From positions 341,992 through 405,991 of the forward strand of contig JAGOQR010000001.1 of assembly GCA_017991415.1 (NCBI GenBank): a stretch of DNA of 64,000 nt. Direction: 5' to 3'. The notes beneath the pieces are model-generated. The model was not told the origin of the DNA. It did not search any database and worked only from the letters and a program-made list of their open reading frames with translations. Shown here piece by piece: positions 9,340 through 18,896 of this stretch (position 1 is the first letter of the stretch; every line of letters begins with the position of its first letter). Source of the stretch: Candidatus Magasanikiibacteriota bacterium. GTDB taxonomy: Bacteria; Patescibacteriota; Patescibacteriia; Magasanikbacterales; GWA2-37-8. A program made the position numbers and the translations under genes.

Positions 9340-10176
9340 TTACTGCAATATTTCGTACACAACACTTACGTTCATATTTACATCCTTACTACCACTTGAG
9401 ACAGCCGCTGGAGCAGCCCCACCCATGCCACTTGCTTTATCGTACATAACTGGATAAAACTCACCTGGCACCACTTCATTTTCATAATAACTAATAACAG
9501 CTCCTAGACGAACACCAAGCGCTGCGGCTAATTTTGCAGCTTTTGCTTTGGCATCCACTAATGCTTTATCACGAGCTTGCAATTTTAAGTTTTCCGGATC
9601 ATCTATAGTAAAGCTAAGCCCACTCACTTCAGTAGCTCCGTATTTACCAGCTAGTGCCAAAATATCACTTATCTTACTAAGGTCTCTAATTTTAACAGTC
9701 AGGCTGTTAGAAACTCTATATCCTTTTAATTCTTGGCCCTTATCTTGAGTATAGTTATAATCTGGATAAATAGTATAATTACTCTGCAAATCTTTTTCTT
9801 CTACACCCATTTTTTTCAAGTCCATATAAACCTGATCCATAACTTTCTTGTTATCAAGTTGAGCTTGCGCCACATCTTTACTTGTATTTGAAAAACCAAT
9901 AGAAGTTACTGCAATATCATTATTGCCAACTACTTTTCCAAACCCATTAACTGTTATGCTTCTCTCCATACGATCGGCTCTGCCGATAAAATCATACTCC
10001 TTCATGTTTTTACGTATCATTGTACCGAGATAAAACACTGTATATACAAGCAAAATACCAACAAAAGTTAGTAGAATTTTTTTACCAAATCGATGGCCAT
10101 GATGACCATCACATCGACCACATGAGCAGCCGCCTACCATCTGGTCTAATTTATTACCACCTGGTGTTGTAGCCAT
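9340..10176 (-). CDS. SIMPL-domain (DUF541, YggE/BP26-like) membrane-anchored protein
   Basis: 278 aa. N-terminal Cys/His cluster (GGCSCGRCDGHHGH), one TM segment, then a SIMPL-like domain (ITVNG...YRVSNSLTVKIRDL...KDQARDKALVDAKAKA). Confidence 0.65.
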   Translation of the reverse strand: MATTPGGNKLDQMVGGCSCGRCDGHHGHRFGKKILLTFVGILLVYTVFYLGTMIRKNMKEYDFIGRADRMERSITVNGFGKVVGNNDIAVTSIGFSNTSKDVAQAQLDNKKVMDQVYMDLKKMGVEEKDLQSNYTIYPDYNYTQDKGQELKGYRVSNSLTVKIRDLSKISDILALAGKYGATEVSGLSFTIDDPENLKLQARDKALVDAKAKAAKLAAALGVRLGAVISYYENEVVPGEFYPVMYDKASGMGGAAPAAVSSGSKDVNMNVSVVYEILQ

Positions 10177-10231
10177 ATATCTCCTTCTGGATTATTCCCC
10201 GTAAGAAAAATAATCCGATTAAAATTAATTA

Positions 10232-11416
10232 TTAAAATTTAATTATTTTTTTTAACGCTTCTACGCCTGGCAATTTCTTTCCGCCTAAATATTCTAGCAT
10301 AGCCCCACCTCCTGTTGAAGCCAGATCGATATCGTGCAGTAAGCTAAGTTTAGATAAAACTTCTATTGTTTCGCCTCCGCCAACTACACCAAACGCCTCT
10401 CTCTTTGATCGCGAAGCCACCAAATGAGATATAGAGTACGTACCGTAGTGATATGGATGCTGTTCAAAATTTCCCATAGCACCATTCCATACAATTGTTT
10501 TTGCCTTTTTAATGTACTTAGAAAAAAGCATAATACTCTGTGGCCCAATATCAAAAATGCTTTCTCCTGATTTTAAACTAAGATTTTTTACAGACATTGC
10601 CCGCGCTTTTTTACCATCAGCCGAACCTACGATAACATCTACCGGAAGAATAACTTTCTTTTTGGAACAATATTCTAAAATTTCTTTTTTAAATTTTTTA
10701 TCAATAATCGAGCTACCGATCTTATAGCCCTTTGCCCATAAATATGTATTTACAATTCCACCGCCCACCAGTATATAATCTGCTTGCTTCAAAAAGTTTT
10801 TTAACACTGGAATTTTAGTTTCCATTTTTATACCACCCAAGATAGCGGTCATCGGCTTTTTAGGACTCTTTAAAACCATATCTAAACCACGCAGTTCTTC
10901 TTCGAGTAGTGATCCAGCATAAGATGGTAAATACTTTGCCACACCCGATACAGATGCAGATGCCCGATGAGCAACAGCAAACCCGTCTAATACAAAAATA
11001 TCTGCCAACCCTGCCAAATCTTTGGCCAATTTGTCCGAGCTATCTGATTCACCTTTTAAAAAACGAATATTTTCTAGCAAAACAACAGAGCCAGGCACGA
11101 GTTTGTTAATTTTAACTTTTGTTTGAGCAAAATCTGTGATTCCCAGTAAAGGAATCTTCTTTTGTAAAAACTTGCCCAATTCTTCGGCCACCGGTTTAAG
11201 GCTTAGTTTTTTTTCTACTCCTGCAGGCCGCCCTAGATGACTAACTATAACTACTTTTGCGCCTTTTTCTATCAGATTTTTTATAGTTACTAGGCTCTTT
11301 TTTATTTTATAATTATCGGTAACTTTTTTACCTTTTAAGGGAACATTAAAATCTACACGTAGCAATACGGTTTTACCAAATAATTTTCCCGCGTGTTCGA
11401 AGTGCTGTATGGACAT
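10232..11416 (-). CDS. pgk: phosphoglycerate kinase
   Basis: 394 aa with N-terminal VLLRVDFNVP and a hinge/C-domain typical of PGK. Confidence 0.95.
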   Translation of the reverse strand: MSIQHFEHAGKLFGKTVLLRVDFNVPLKGKKVTDNYKIKKSLVTIKNLIEKGAKVVIVSHLGRPAGVEKKLSLKPVAEELGKFLQKKIPLLGITDFAQTKVKINKLVPGSVVLLENIRFLKGESDSSDKLAKDLAGLADIFVLDGFAVAHRASASVSGVAKYLPSYAGSLLEEELRGLDMVLKSPKKPMTAILGGIKMETKIPVLKNFLKQADYILVGGGIVNTYLWAKGYKIGSSIIDKKFKKEILEYCSKKKVILPVDVIVGSADGKKARAMSVKNLSLKSGESIFDIGPQSIMLFSKYIKKAKTIVWNGAMGNFEQHPYHYGTYSISHLVASRSKREAFGVVGGGETIEVLSKLSLLHDIDLASTGGGAMLEYLGGKKLPGVEALKKIIKF

Positions 11417-11509
11417 TTTGCTCTTTTATACGAATAACAAAAAATATATATACTATATAATACATATTATACTACTTTTGTTACATTTGGAGAAGAAGCT
11501 TGTGGAGAT

Positions 11510-12523
11510 CTATTCAACCAAATCTTTATATCCATCCTGATCAGGCCACAAATAATGATCAAAAACCCAGGCTGCCAGATCGCGCGCCTCACTAAACCGC
11601 TCCTCGTTAGTAGCAGCGCCAAGTATCGCCACAGTTATTGTATGTTTTTTATCATCACTTAAACTAACTACAAAATTATACCCCGAATCATCTATATACC
11701 CTGTCTTTCCAGCAATATTTTCTGTTTTAAAATTATTTGGAATCCAATTTGTTAAGAGCCAATTTGTAGTCCACACTCTTTTTGTTTTTTTCTCTCCAAG
11801 CGGCTTGGCATAATACTCAGCTATTTGTACCGTGTTATAAATCTTATCAAACTTTAGCGCATCGATAAGCAATTTGGCAGTATCTGGCGCAGTCGCCATA
11901 TTTCTTTCGGAGAGACCAGTTGGCTCAAAAAATCGTGCCGAAGAAAGCCGGAGGTCTTTTGCTTTCTGGTTCATGAGCTCAACAAATTTTTCTTCTCCAA
12001 CCCCAGAGTTTCGGACCAAAGTATTAATAGCAGAATTAGAGGATCCAATAAGCGCCACATGCCACAAATCTTCTAAAGAAAACCGTTCCCCTACCTCCAC
12101 ATGATGATCCCCTTCGATATCGTCTTCGGTAATAATGGTTGTAGAAGCCCATTTCATTGGCAAATCTAAAAGCACCATAGCTGACATAAGTTTGGTAATA
12201 CTTGCCAAAGAACGTATCTCAGTTTCATTTTTATTAAAAAGGACAGTTTTAGTTTTTGTATCTAATACAGTTGCAGAAATAGCGGTAAGTGGTGACGGAA
12301 AAACATTAGTACCTGCTTTCAGTAACGGAACCGATGGCTTGCTTGGCGGTAAGTTTTCTAACACAATATCACCACCAACGTTTGATCTTTTGCCACTGGT
12401 CGGTAATTGGGCGAAAGAAAAATGATGGTCTGAAGCAAAGTAAACAGAAGAAAAAAATAATAAAAAAACACCAACCAACATCATACCGATAGACGACAAA
12501 AAATCAGTAAACTTAGACAACAT
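11510..12523 (-). CDS. D-alanyl-D-alanine carboxypeptidase (peptidase S11, DacA-like)
   Basis: N-terminal TM/signal. SxxK (SITK), SxN (SSN) and KTG (AGKTGYI) motifs are all present. Confidence 0.75.
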   Translation of the reverse strand: MLSKFTDFLSSIGMMLVGVFLLFFSSVYFASDHHFSFAQLPTSGKRSNVGGDIVLENLPPSKPSVPLLKAGTNVFPSPLTAISATVLDTKTKTVLFNKNETEIRSLASITKLMSAMVLLDLPMKWASTTIITEDDIEGDHHVEVGERFSLEDLWHVALIGSSNSAINTLVRNSGVGEEKFVELMNQKAKDLRLSSARFFEPTGLSERNMATAPDTAKLLIDALKFDKIYNTVQIAEYYAKPLGEKKTKRVWTTNWLLTNWIPNNFKTENIAGKTGYIDDSGYNFVVSLSDDKKHTITVAILGAATNEERFSEARDLAAWVFDHYLWPDQDGYKDLVE

Positions 12524-12528
12524 ACAAA

Positions 12529-13062
12529 CTATTCTGGATTTATATTAGTAATATATGGATGGGCGTGCAACTCGGAATAATCTGGCAATTCTTGCAAACT
12601 TTGTATGCCCATATGACGCAAGTATTCCATAGTAACCTCGTAGGCGGGCAGCAAGTTATTAGCATCTTCGTTTTCTTTTACCAAGCCCCTCAACATAAGG
12701 TTGCGCAAAATAACACCACAATTTACACCTCGTATCTGCTCTAATTCTGGCTTAGTAATTGGCCCACAATACGACACAACCGTTAACGTCTCCAGCTGAG
12801 GCCGAGTAAGCTCTCCAGAAATTTCTGCTTTCATAAAATTTTCAGAGGCTTCTCTGTTTTCTGGATTCGATACCATCTGCCACTCATTATTATTTTGTAT
12901 AATAACCACTCCAGAATCTGGTGTGTTATATTTTGCCTGTATAGCTACGAGCGACTCTGCGACTTCGTTTTCTTTTATAGCCAAAACAGATGCTATTTTT
13001 TTAGCTCCAAGGGGCTTGGAAGCCACAAATAATATTGACTCAATGTTGGATTGAATAGACAT
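12529..13062 (-). CDS. scpB: segregation and condensation protein B
   Basis: 177 aa. Tandem winged-helix ScpB pattern (ELTRPQLETLTVVSYCGPITKPELEQIRGV). Confidence 0.8.
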   Translation of the reverse strand: MSIQSNIESILFVASKPLGAKKIASVLAIKENEVAESLVAIQAKYNTPDSGVVIIQNNNEWQMVSNPENREASENFMKAEISGELTRPQLETLTVVSYCGPITKPELEQIRGVNCGVILRNLMLRGLVKENEDANNLLPAYEVTMEYLRHMGIQSLQELPDYSELHAHPYITNINPE

Positions 13063-13067
13063 ACAGC

Positions 13068-13763
13068 TTAACTTTTTACAATAAACATATCTTCAAACGA
13101 CCACGCTTGTTTTACTGAAACTGTTTTTTCTTTGATGAGTTCGAGTATCGCCAGAAAACTAACTATGACTTCGGTTTTATTTTTAGATGTAGATAGCAAG
13201 TTTTTAAAACTTACTTCTGTACCGCTCTTTAACAAATTACGAATGGTATCTATTTTTTGTTTTACTGATACAGAGTGATCAACTGTTACCTTTGGTAATG
13301 GATCAACCGGCTTTAACCTTCGCAACAGAGTGGTCATGGCCGTGTGTAAATTATTCTTATCAGCGTTAGCTGGCATGATAAATTCGGCAACTTTTATTGG
13401 GGGTTCTGTTCGGCCATATGCAACCTTACCAGCTTGCCACAAAATATTTATTGTCTTGCTTGCCTCTACATATTGTTTATAGAGCTTAAGCTGATCTGCA
13501 AGTGCTGGCCCACCTTCCTCCTCTTGAGGGTTGGCATATTGTAACAAATTATGAGATTTTAAGAAAATTAATCGAGCCGCAATTACCAAAAAATCTGCCA
13601 ACTCTTCGGGACGATTTTTTTCTAACTTATCTAAATAAGTAAAAAACTGCTCAGTAATTTTTGACAGAGCAATCTCACTAATATCCATTTTCTCCTGATC
13701 AATCAGTTGCAAGAGCAGATCCAAAGGCCCTTCAAATTTTTCTAACTTTAATTCGGTAACCAT
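13068..13763 (-). CDS. scpA: segregation and condensation protein A
   Basis: 231 aa. N-terminal FEGPLDLLLQLI motif. Upstream partner of scpB. Confidence 0.8.
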   Translation of the reverse strand: MVTELKLEKFEGPLDLLLQLIDQEKMDISEIALSKITEQFFTYLDKLEKNRPEELADFLVIAARLIFLKSHNLLQYANPQEEEGGPALADQLKLYKQYVEASKTINILWQAGKVAYGRTEPPIKVAEFIMPANADKNNLHTAMTTLLRRLKPVDPLPKVTVDHSVSVKQKIDTIRNLLKSGTEVSFKNLLSTSKNKTEVIVSFLAILELIKEKTVSVKQAWSFEDMFIVKS

Positions 13764-13766
13764 GAT

Positions 13767-15167
13767 TTATTTTTCTAATTTTATATGCACATCTTTGAGT
13801 GCTTTGTCTGGCATCTCGGATGGTGCACTCATCATAAGATCTCTCGCATCCCCAGTCTTTGGGAATGGAATTACTTCACGAATATTTTCTTCGTTAGCTA
13901 ACAACATGAGAATACGATCTATACCGGAAGCAATACCACCATGTGGAGGCGCACCAAAAGTAAACGCTTCTAGCATATGACCAAAACGTTCTTGAATTGT
14001 TTTTTCATCCAACCCTAACAGTTCAAACACTTTATTTTGAAGATCACGTTTATGGATACGAATACTACCACCAAAAATTTCGTTGCCGTTTAAGACTAAA
14101 TCGTAAGCGTTAGCACGAACACTAAACGGATCGGACTCAAGTTTATCCATATCCTCTGCGCGCGGCGATGTAAACGGATGATGCACCGCTTGCACTGAAC
14201 CGTCATCAGCTTTTTCAAACATTGGAAAATCTACCACCCACTCAAACGCAAATAAATTTGGATCATTTTTATCCTTGCGTAAATCTGGTTTATCACTATT
14301 ATACTTTGCCATCGCGTCTGCATAAGAAATTCTTGGAAACGGCACTGATTGTATCTTTTTTTCTGGCGCAACTTTTGCTACCAACTCTACCATCATACCT
14401 TCTACCAAATTCAACACATCTTCTTGTTCTACAAAACTCATTTCCATATCAAGCTGAGTAAATTCTGGCTGCCTATCGCCACGCTGGTCTTCATCACGGA
14501 AACATCTGGCAACTTGGAAATATTTTTCTACACCACCCACCATAAGCAATTGTTTAAACTGTTGTGGTGATTGCGGAAGTACATACATCTTGCCAGAGTG
14601 CACACGAGACGGAACCAAAAATTCACGGGACCCTTCTGGAGTACCTTTGGTTAAATTTGGAGTTTCAACTTCAATAAAATTTTTGGCATGTAGATACTCA
14701 CGGAAAAATGTCTCTACCTTGTCGCGCAATATTAAATTCTTTAACATTCTTTCAGAACGCAAATCCAAATAACGATACTTGAGACGCAGCTCTTCATTTA
14801 TACTTTTTGTATCTTTATCTATTTCAAATGGAGGGGTCTCGGCGGTGTTAAGTACTACAAGCTCCTTCATTAAGATCTCAACTGTACCAGTTGGCATATC
14901 TGGATTTTTTTGCTTCTCTCCGCGCTCTTTTACAATACCTTTAATTTGCAGCACCCATTCTGGACGAACTTCTTTTAGGCTTTCGTTTGAAGCTTCGTCA
15001 AGCTCGCTTGGCACACCTACTACTTGCACAATACCACCACGATCACGCAAATCCAAAAAGACAATCTTGCCCATATTACGACGGGCATTTACCCAACCTT
15101 TAAGCAAAACCTCTTCCCCTACCTTATTTACAGTTTCAGTTGTTAGAATACGCATATATTTACTCAT
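13767..15167 (-). CDS. aspS: aspartyl-tRNA synthetase (short form lacking the bacterial insertion domain; possibly non-discriminating)
   Basis: 466 aa class II aaRS. QSPQQFKQLLMVGG...ARCFRDEDQRGDRQPEFTQLDMEMSF matches AspRS motif 2. N-terminal OB fold. Confidence 0.85.
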   Translation of the reverse strand: MSKYMRILTTETVNKVGEEVLLKGWVNARRNMGKIVFLDLRDRGGIVQVVGVPSELDEASNESLKEVRPEWVLQIKGIVKERGEKQKNPDMPTGTVEILMKELVVLNTAETPPFEIDKDTKSINEELRLKYRYLDLRSERMLKNLILRDKVETFFREYLHAKNFIEVETPNLTKGTPEGSREFLVPSRVHSGKMYVLPQSPQQFKQLLMVGGVEKYFQVARCFRDEDQRGDRQPEFTQLDMEMSFVEQEDVLNLVEGMMVELVAKVAPEKKIQSVPFPRISYADAMAKYNSDKPDLRKDKNDPNLFAFEWVVDFPMFEKADDGSVQAVHHPFTSPRAEDMDKLESDPFSVRANAYDLVLNGNEIFGGSIRIHKRDLQNKVFELLGLDEKTIQERFGHMLEAFTFGAPPHGGIASGIDRILMLLANEENIREVIPFPKTGDARDLMMSAPSEMPDKALKDVHIKLEK

Positions 15168-15172
15168 TGAAC

Positions 15173-16135
15173 TTAATTAAGCTCCGGCTCCTCTACTTTT
15201 GATAATAAATCCTCATAAACTGCTTTATACTCCTGGCATGTTTTTACATACTCTAGTTGTGCTCTTTTATATCCTTCTGTCATATCTGGCGAGCTTGCTA
15301 TCTTTTCTTCCATATTTTTAATTGCATAATCCGCATTGGCAATTAAATTTTCCATAGCTTTTCTAGCCAGCATAATTGCATTTTTATTCTGCAATGTATC
15401 TAATACCACCCTCTTTGTTTCTGACCATCTCCTTTTATACTCCTCAATCAACATATCTTTATGCCAATCGCTTGGACCAAAAACTCTTGCATCCGGCTTT
15501 TCCAAACATTTAACTGCTCGTAAAGCACGGAGCTCATTTAATGTTCCACCTTGAGCATTAACCAGACTCTCAGATAAATTTTCTATATCCTTACCAAAAC
15601 CTAACCTATCAAATTCATGTAAAATTTTAGTGCCTACAGATACTAAAGATGCTATCCTGTCTTCTGTGGAGTCTGGATCGGCAATTTGTCTTGAGGTATA
15701 TTTTATAATAGTCAAAATATCTTTTTTTAAATCAGGATATTTTTCAAAATCAACTTTATCAATTTTGTTTAAAAACTTTAGTAGCGCCTCTCCTTCTATA
15801 ACATAGATCCTTATCTCCAACGGGTGAGCCGGCTCTGCCACGCCAGCTTCCGTTGAAGTAAACATTGTTATAGATTTATTAGTACCAAAATTTAACTCCA
15901 AGCCCAAATTGGATGCCTCGTTATTTGCTTTTATCGCATCTGATAACGACTTCCTTCTTTTTCTTTCACCCTCTGATTCACCTTCACTATTTTTTTCCAA
16001 CCCACCTGCTAATCCAGCAGCAAACATAGCACCCCAACCATGCTCCTTATTATATTCCTCTAATGCCTTAACCATCCCTCTCAACTTAATAAATGACAGC
16101 TCCTCACTTTGTTCAACTTTTGAATATTCTGACAT
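15173..16135 (-). CDS. hypothetical protein (about 320 aa, no recognisable domain)
   Basis: Start moved to the internal ATG at 16133-16135 (MSEYSK...) to avoid overlapping gap. Mixed charged/helical composition. Sits between gap and aspS. Confidence 0.5.
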   Translation of the reverse strand: MSEYSKVEQSEELSFIKLRGMVKALEEYNKEHGWGAMFAAGLAGGLEKNSEGESEGERKRRKSLSDAIKANNEASNLGLELNFGTNKSITMFTSTEAGVAEPAHPLEIRIYVIEGEALLKFLNKIDKVDFEKYPDLKKDILTIIKYTSRQIADPDSTEDRIASLVSVGTKILHEFDRLGFGKDIENLSESLVNAQGGTLNELRALRAVKCLEKPDARVFGPSDWHKDMLIEEYKRRWSETKRVVLDTLQNKNAIMLARKAMENLIANADYAIKNMEEKIASSPDMTEGYKRAQLEYVKTCQEYKAVYEDLLSKVEEPELN

Positions 16136-16151
16136 AATTTTAAAAAAATAA

Positions 16152-17147
16152 TTAAGCAGCGTACATCTCTGCAATTTCTACCAATCTATTTGCATACCCA
16201 ACTTCATTATCATACCAGGCAATCACCTTTACCAAATTTCCTCCTACTACATTGGTTAAACTTAAATCAACGGTAGAAGAATTTGCATTGCCAATAAAAT
16301 CAGATGAGACGAGCTGTTCGGTTGTAGTGCCAAGCACACCCTTAAATCGCTCTGTCTTTGAAGCATCAACCAGCGCTTTGTTTATTTCTTCTTTAGTTAC
16401 ATTTTTTTTAAGCAAGACAGTCATATCAGACAAAGAAACTGTTGGTACTGGCACGCGTAACGCCAACCCATCAAACACACCTTGTATGGCAGGAATTACT
16501 TCAGTTACCGCAATAGCCGCGCCGGTGGTGGTTGGCACAATATTTTCAGCGGCAGCTCTGGCTCTGCGCAAATCTTTATGTGGACCATCTTGCAAATTTT
16601 GATCAGCCGTATACCCATGCACCGTACTCATCATAGCCTTATCAATACCAAATTTCTCATTAAGCACTGCCATTACCGGGCCAATGCTATTGGTCGTACA
16701 AGACGCATTATTAATAACAGAGCTTGTTTCTTTTTTGCATTTAGCACAGTTTACCGCGCGTACATAGGTTGGCACATCGCCGCCTTTAGCGGGCGCGCTA
16801 ATGACTACTTTTTTGGCGCCAGCTTTTACATGTAATTCGGCGCCAGCTTTATCCGTAAACCTACCAGTACATTCAAGCACTACATCTACTTTTAATTTTG
16901 CCCACGGCAAAAGACTCGGATCTTTTTCGGCAAACACGGGAATTTTTTTACCTTTAACAATTAAATTTTTTTCATCGTATTCTACCGACAAATCATAGGT
17001 GCCATATGCCGTATCATACTTGAGCAAATGAGCAAGTGTTTTGGTGTCAGTTAAATCATTGATACCAACAATTTTATGCTTTTTAGCAAAGGCGACTTTG
17101 AATGCTTGACGACCAATTCGGCCAAAACCATTAATTGCTATATTCAT
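16152..17147 (-). CDS. gap: glyceraldehyde-3-phosphate dehydrogenase
   Basis: 331 aa. N-terminal INGFGRIGR Rossmann motif and catalytic ASCTTNS. Confidence 0.95.
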   Translation of the reverse strand: MNIAINGFGRIGRQAFKVAFAKKHKIVGINDLTDTKTLAHLLKYDTAYGTYDLSVEYDEKNLIVKGKKIPVFAEKDPSLLPWAKLKVDVVLECTGRFTDKAGAELHVKAGAKKVVISAPAKGGDVPTYVRAVNCAKCKKETSSVINNASCTTNSIGPVMAVLNEKFGIDKAMMSTVHGYTADQNLQDGPHKDLRRARAAAENIVPTTTGAAIAVTEVIPAIQGVFDGLALRVPVPTVSLSDMTVLLKKNVTKEEINKALVDASKTERFKGVLGTTTEQLVSSDFIGNANSSTVDLSLTNVVGGNLVKVIAWYDNEVGYANRLVEIAEMYAA

Positions 17148-17165
17148 ACACGATAATGAGTGAGC

Positions 17166-17193
17166 GAAGTTATTAAATGTGTTTAATAACTTC
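17166..17193. promoter_or_regulatory. perfect 12-bp inverted repeat GAAGTTATTAAA-tgtg-TTTAATAACTTC upstream of gap
   Basis: Arms 17166-17177 and 17182-17193. Lies 19-46 nt upstream of the gap start codon on the minus strand. Candidate operator or 5' leader hairpin. Confidence 0.35.
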
Positions 17194-17255
17194 CGAACGA
17201 ATAAGTGTATATGGACTTGAGCCCATATATTGAAATGAATGAGGAAATAAATAAA

Positions 17256-17573
17256 CTAATAGACTGCTAACAATACAAATACTGTGACCACAAAAATAAC
17301 AGCCAGGCAACTAAGCGTGTAAAACAGCATAGTGAGCGCGTCTTTCTTTTGATTGTCCAGATACAACAAAATAGGCTTACCAAAAACTAAAATTGCCATA
17401 ATAGCGGCTGACAAAACAAGTAAGGGCAGCATTATAATCGGACCAAAAATTTCTGGCACGTTTTTAAACATTTTTTCTATACCCAAATTAAAGAATGCGG
17501 CAATACCACAAATATAGGCATAGGCCACTACAGCATGTATAAACGAACGTACAAGGAGTTTTTTATTTAACAT
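17256..17573 (-). CDS. hypothetical small integral membrane protein (105 aa, about 3 TM)
   Basis: Three hydrophobic helices. No family recognised. Confidence 0.5.
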   Translation of the reverse strand: MLNKKLLVRSFIHAVVAYAYICGIAAFFNLGIEKMFKNVPEIFGPIIMLPLLVLSAAIMAILVFGKPILLYLDNQKKDALTMLFYTLSCLAVIFVVTVFVLLAVY

Positions 17574-17596
17574 AGACGTTATTAATTATATCCTTT

Positions 17597-18832
17597 TTAC
17601 ACCACTCTCGCAAACACACATTTAAGGTATTCTCCTTCCATAAATGATACGAGTTCTGGATGGTCTATGCCGTGGGTAAACGTCTCCAAAACCTGCAAAC
17701 TACGGCGGGTATGGCCAGCAGACTCAGATAACATATATCTAAAATCCGATAGGGTAACATGTGCCGAGCAAGAAGCTGAAACTAAGATACCGTCAGAAGA
17801 CAAAACACGCAAAGCCATTTCGTTTATTTTTTTATAGCCCATCAACCCTTCTTTTATCTTATGTCTATCTTTTACAAAAGCGGGCGGATCGAGCACTACC
17901 ACATCAAAATTTTTCTTTTCTGTATGTGCATCAAATAAATACTGCTTAACATCACCACAAACAAATTCACATTTTTTAACATCTAGTTTATTTAGTTTTA
18001 TATTTTCAACTGCTAATTCCATCGCACTCTCTGAAGCGTCTACGCTTACTACATGCTTGGCACCAGCACCCAAAGCATACACACTAAAACCACCGGAATA
18101 TGAAAAACAGTTAAGAATACTTTTTTTATCTACATATTTGGTAAGTGCCTGACGCTTATCTCGTTGGTCTAAAAAGAAACCGGTTTTTTGTCCACCAATA
18201 ACATCTACCCAAAATTTATAACCATTCTCAGAAATTTTTATCCGATCTGGCACTTTACCAAAAATCAGACCTGCTTTTTTCTCAGCACCTTCGATACCAC
18301 GGGTACGGACATCAGATCTCTCGTAAATACCTTTGGGTTTTACTACTTTTTTTAAGGCATCAACAATAGCATCTTTCCAAAACTCTATGCCCGTTGTATG
18401 AAACTGCAAGACAAGATAATCGCCATATTTATCTACGATAAGGCCTGGTAACAAATCATTTTCACTATGTACCAACCGATATGAATCCGTCTGTTTGCTT
18501 GCTACAAACTGATCTCGCATGCTAAATGCTTGGCTAATTTTTTTCTCAAAAAACTTCTTATCAACCACCTCGTGCTCATCCCAACTCCACAGACGCACTG
18601 CTATCTGCGAATATGAATTAAAATACCCGTGCGCCAAAAAAGCGCCGTCTTCGTTGACCAGCTGCACTGGCGTACCGCTTTCTAATCCATCAGGGATATT
18701 TTTTAAAGCACCAGAAAATACCCACGGATGCCTGCCTAAAATTGGGCCTACTCTTTGTCTTTGGACAACTAATTTATTCACAGTTATATGGGTTATAAAT
18801 AATACGTCTGAAGTATACCAAAGTATACCCAT
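17597..18832 (-). CDS. rlmI: class I SAM-dependent rRNA methyltransferase (RlmI/RlmK-like, PUA + MTase)
   Basis: 411 aa. N-terminal PUA-like region, central SAM-binding fold, VLDPPAF motif. Confidence 0.7.
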   Translation of the reverse strand: MGILWYTSDVLFITHITVNKLVVQRQRVGPILGRHPWVFSGALKNIPDGLESGTPVQLVNEDGAFLAHGYFNSYSQIAVRLWSWDEHEVVDKKFFEKKISQAFSMRDQFVASKQTDSYRLVHSENDLLPGLIVDKYGDYLVLQFHTTGIEFWKDAIVDALKKVVKPKGIYERSDVRTRGIEGAEKKAGLIFGKVPDRIKISENGYKFWVDVIGGQKTGFFLDQRDKRQALTKYVDKKSILNCFSYSGGFSVYALGAGAKHVVSVDASESAMELAVENIKLNKLDVKKCEFVCGDVKQYLFDAHTEKKNFDVVVLDPPAFVKDRHKIKEGLMGYKKINEMALRVLSSDGILVSASCSAHVTLSDFRYMLSESAGHTRRSLQVLETFTHGIDHPELVSFMEGEYLKCVFARVV

Positions 18833-18854
18833 ATTTTACAAGGACAAAGCAAAC

Positions 18855-18886
18855 AAAAAACCCAGCGCACAGGCTGAGTTTTTTGG
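18855..18886 (-). terminator. weak hairpin flanked by A/T runs after tsf
   Basis: CAGC-gcacag-GCTG stem with A6/T6 runs on either side. Immediately downstream of the tsf stop on the minus strand. Confidence 0.35.
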
Positions 18887-18896
18887 TTTTATTATC

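Noticed and set aside
9234-9365. 44-codon N-terminal extension of the enolase ORF
   Set aside because: It uses a non-ATG start and overlaps the upstream terminator hairpin. The canonical enolase N-terminus MKIKQIIAREV begins at the ATG at 9233.
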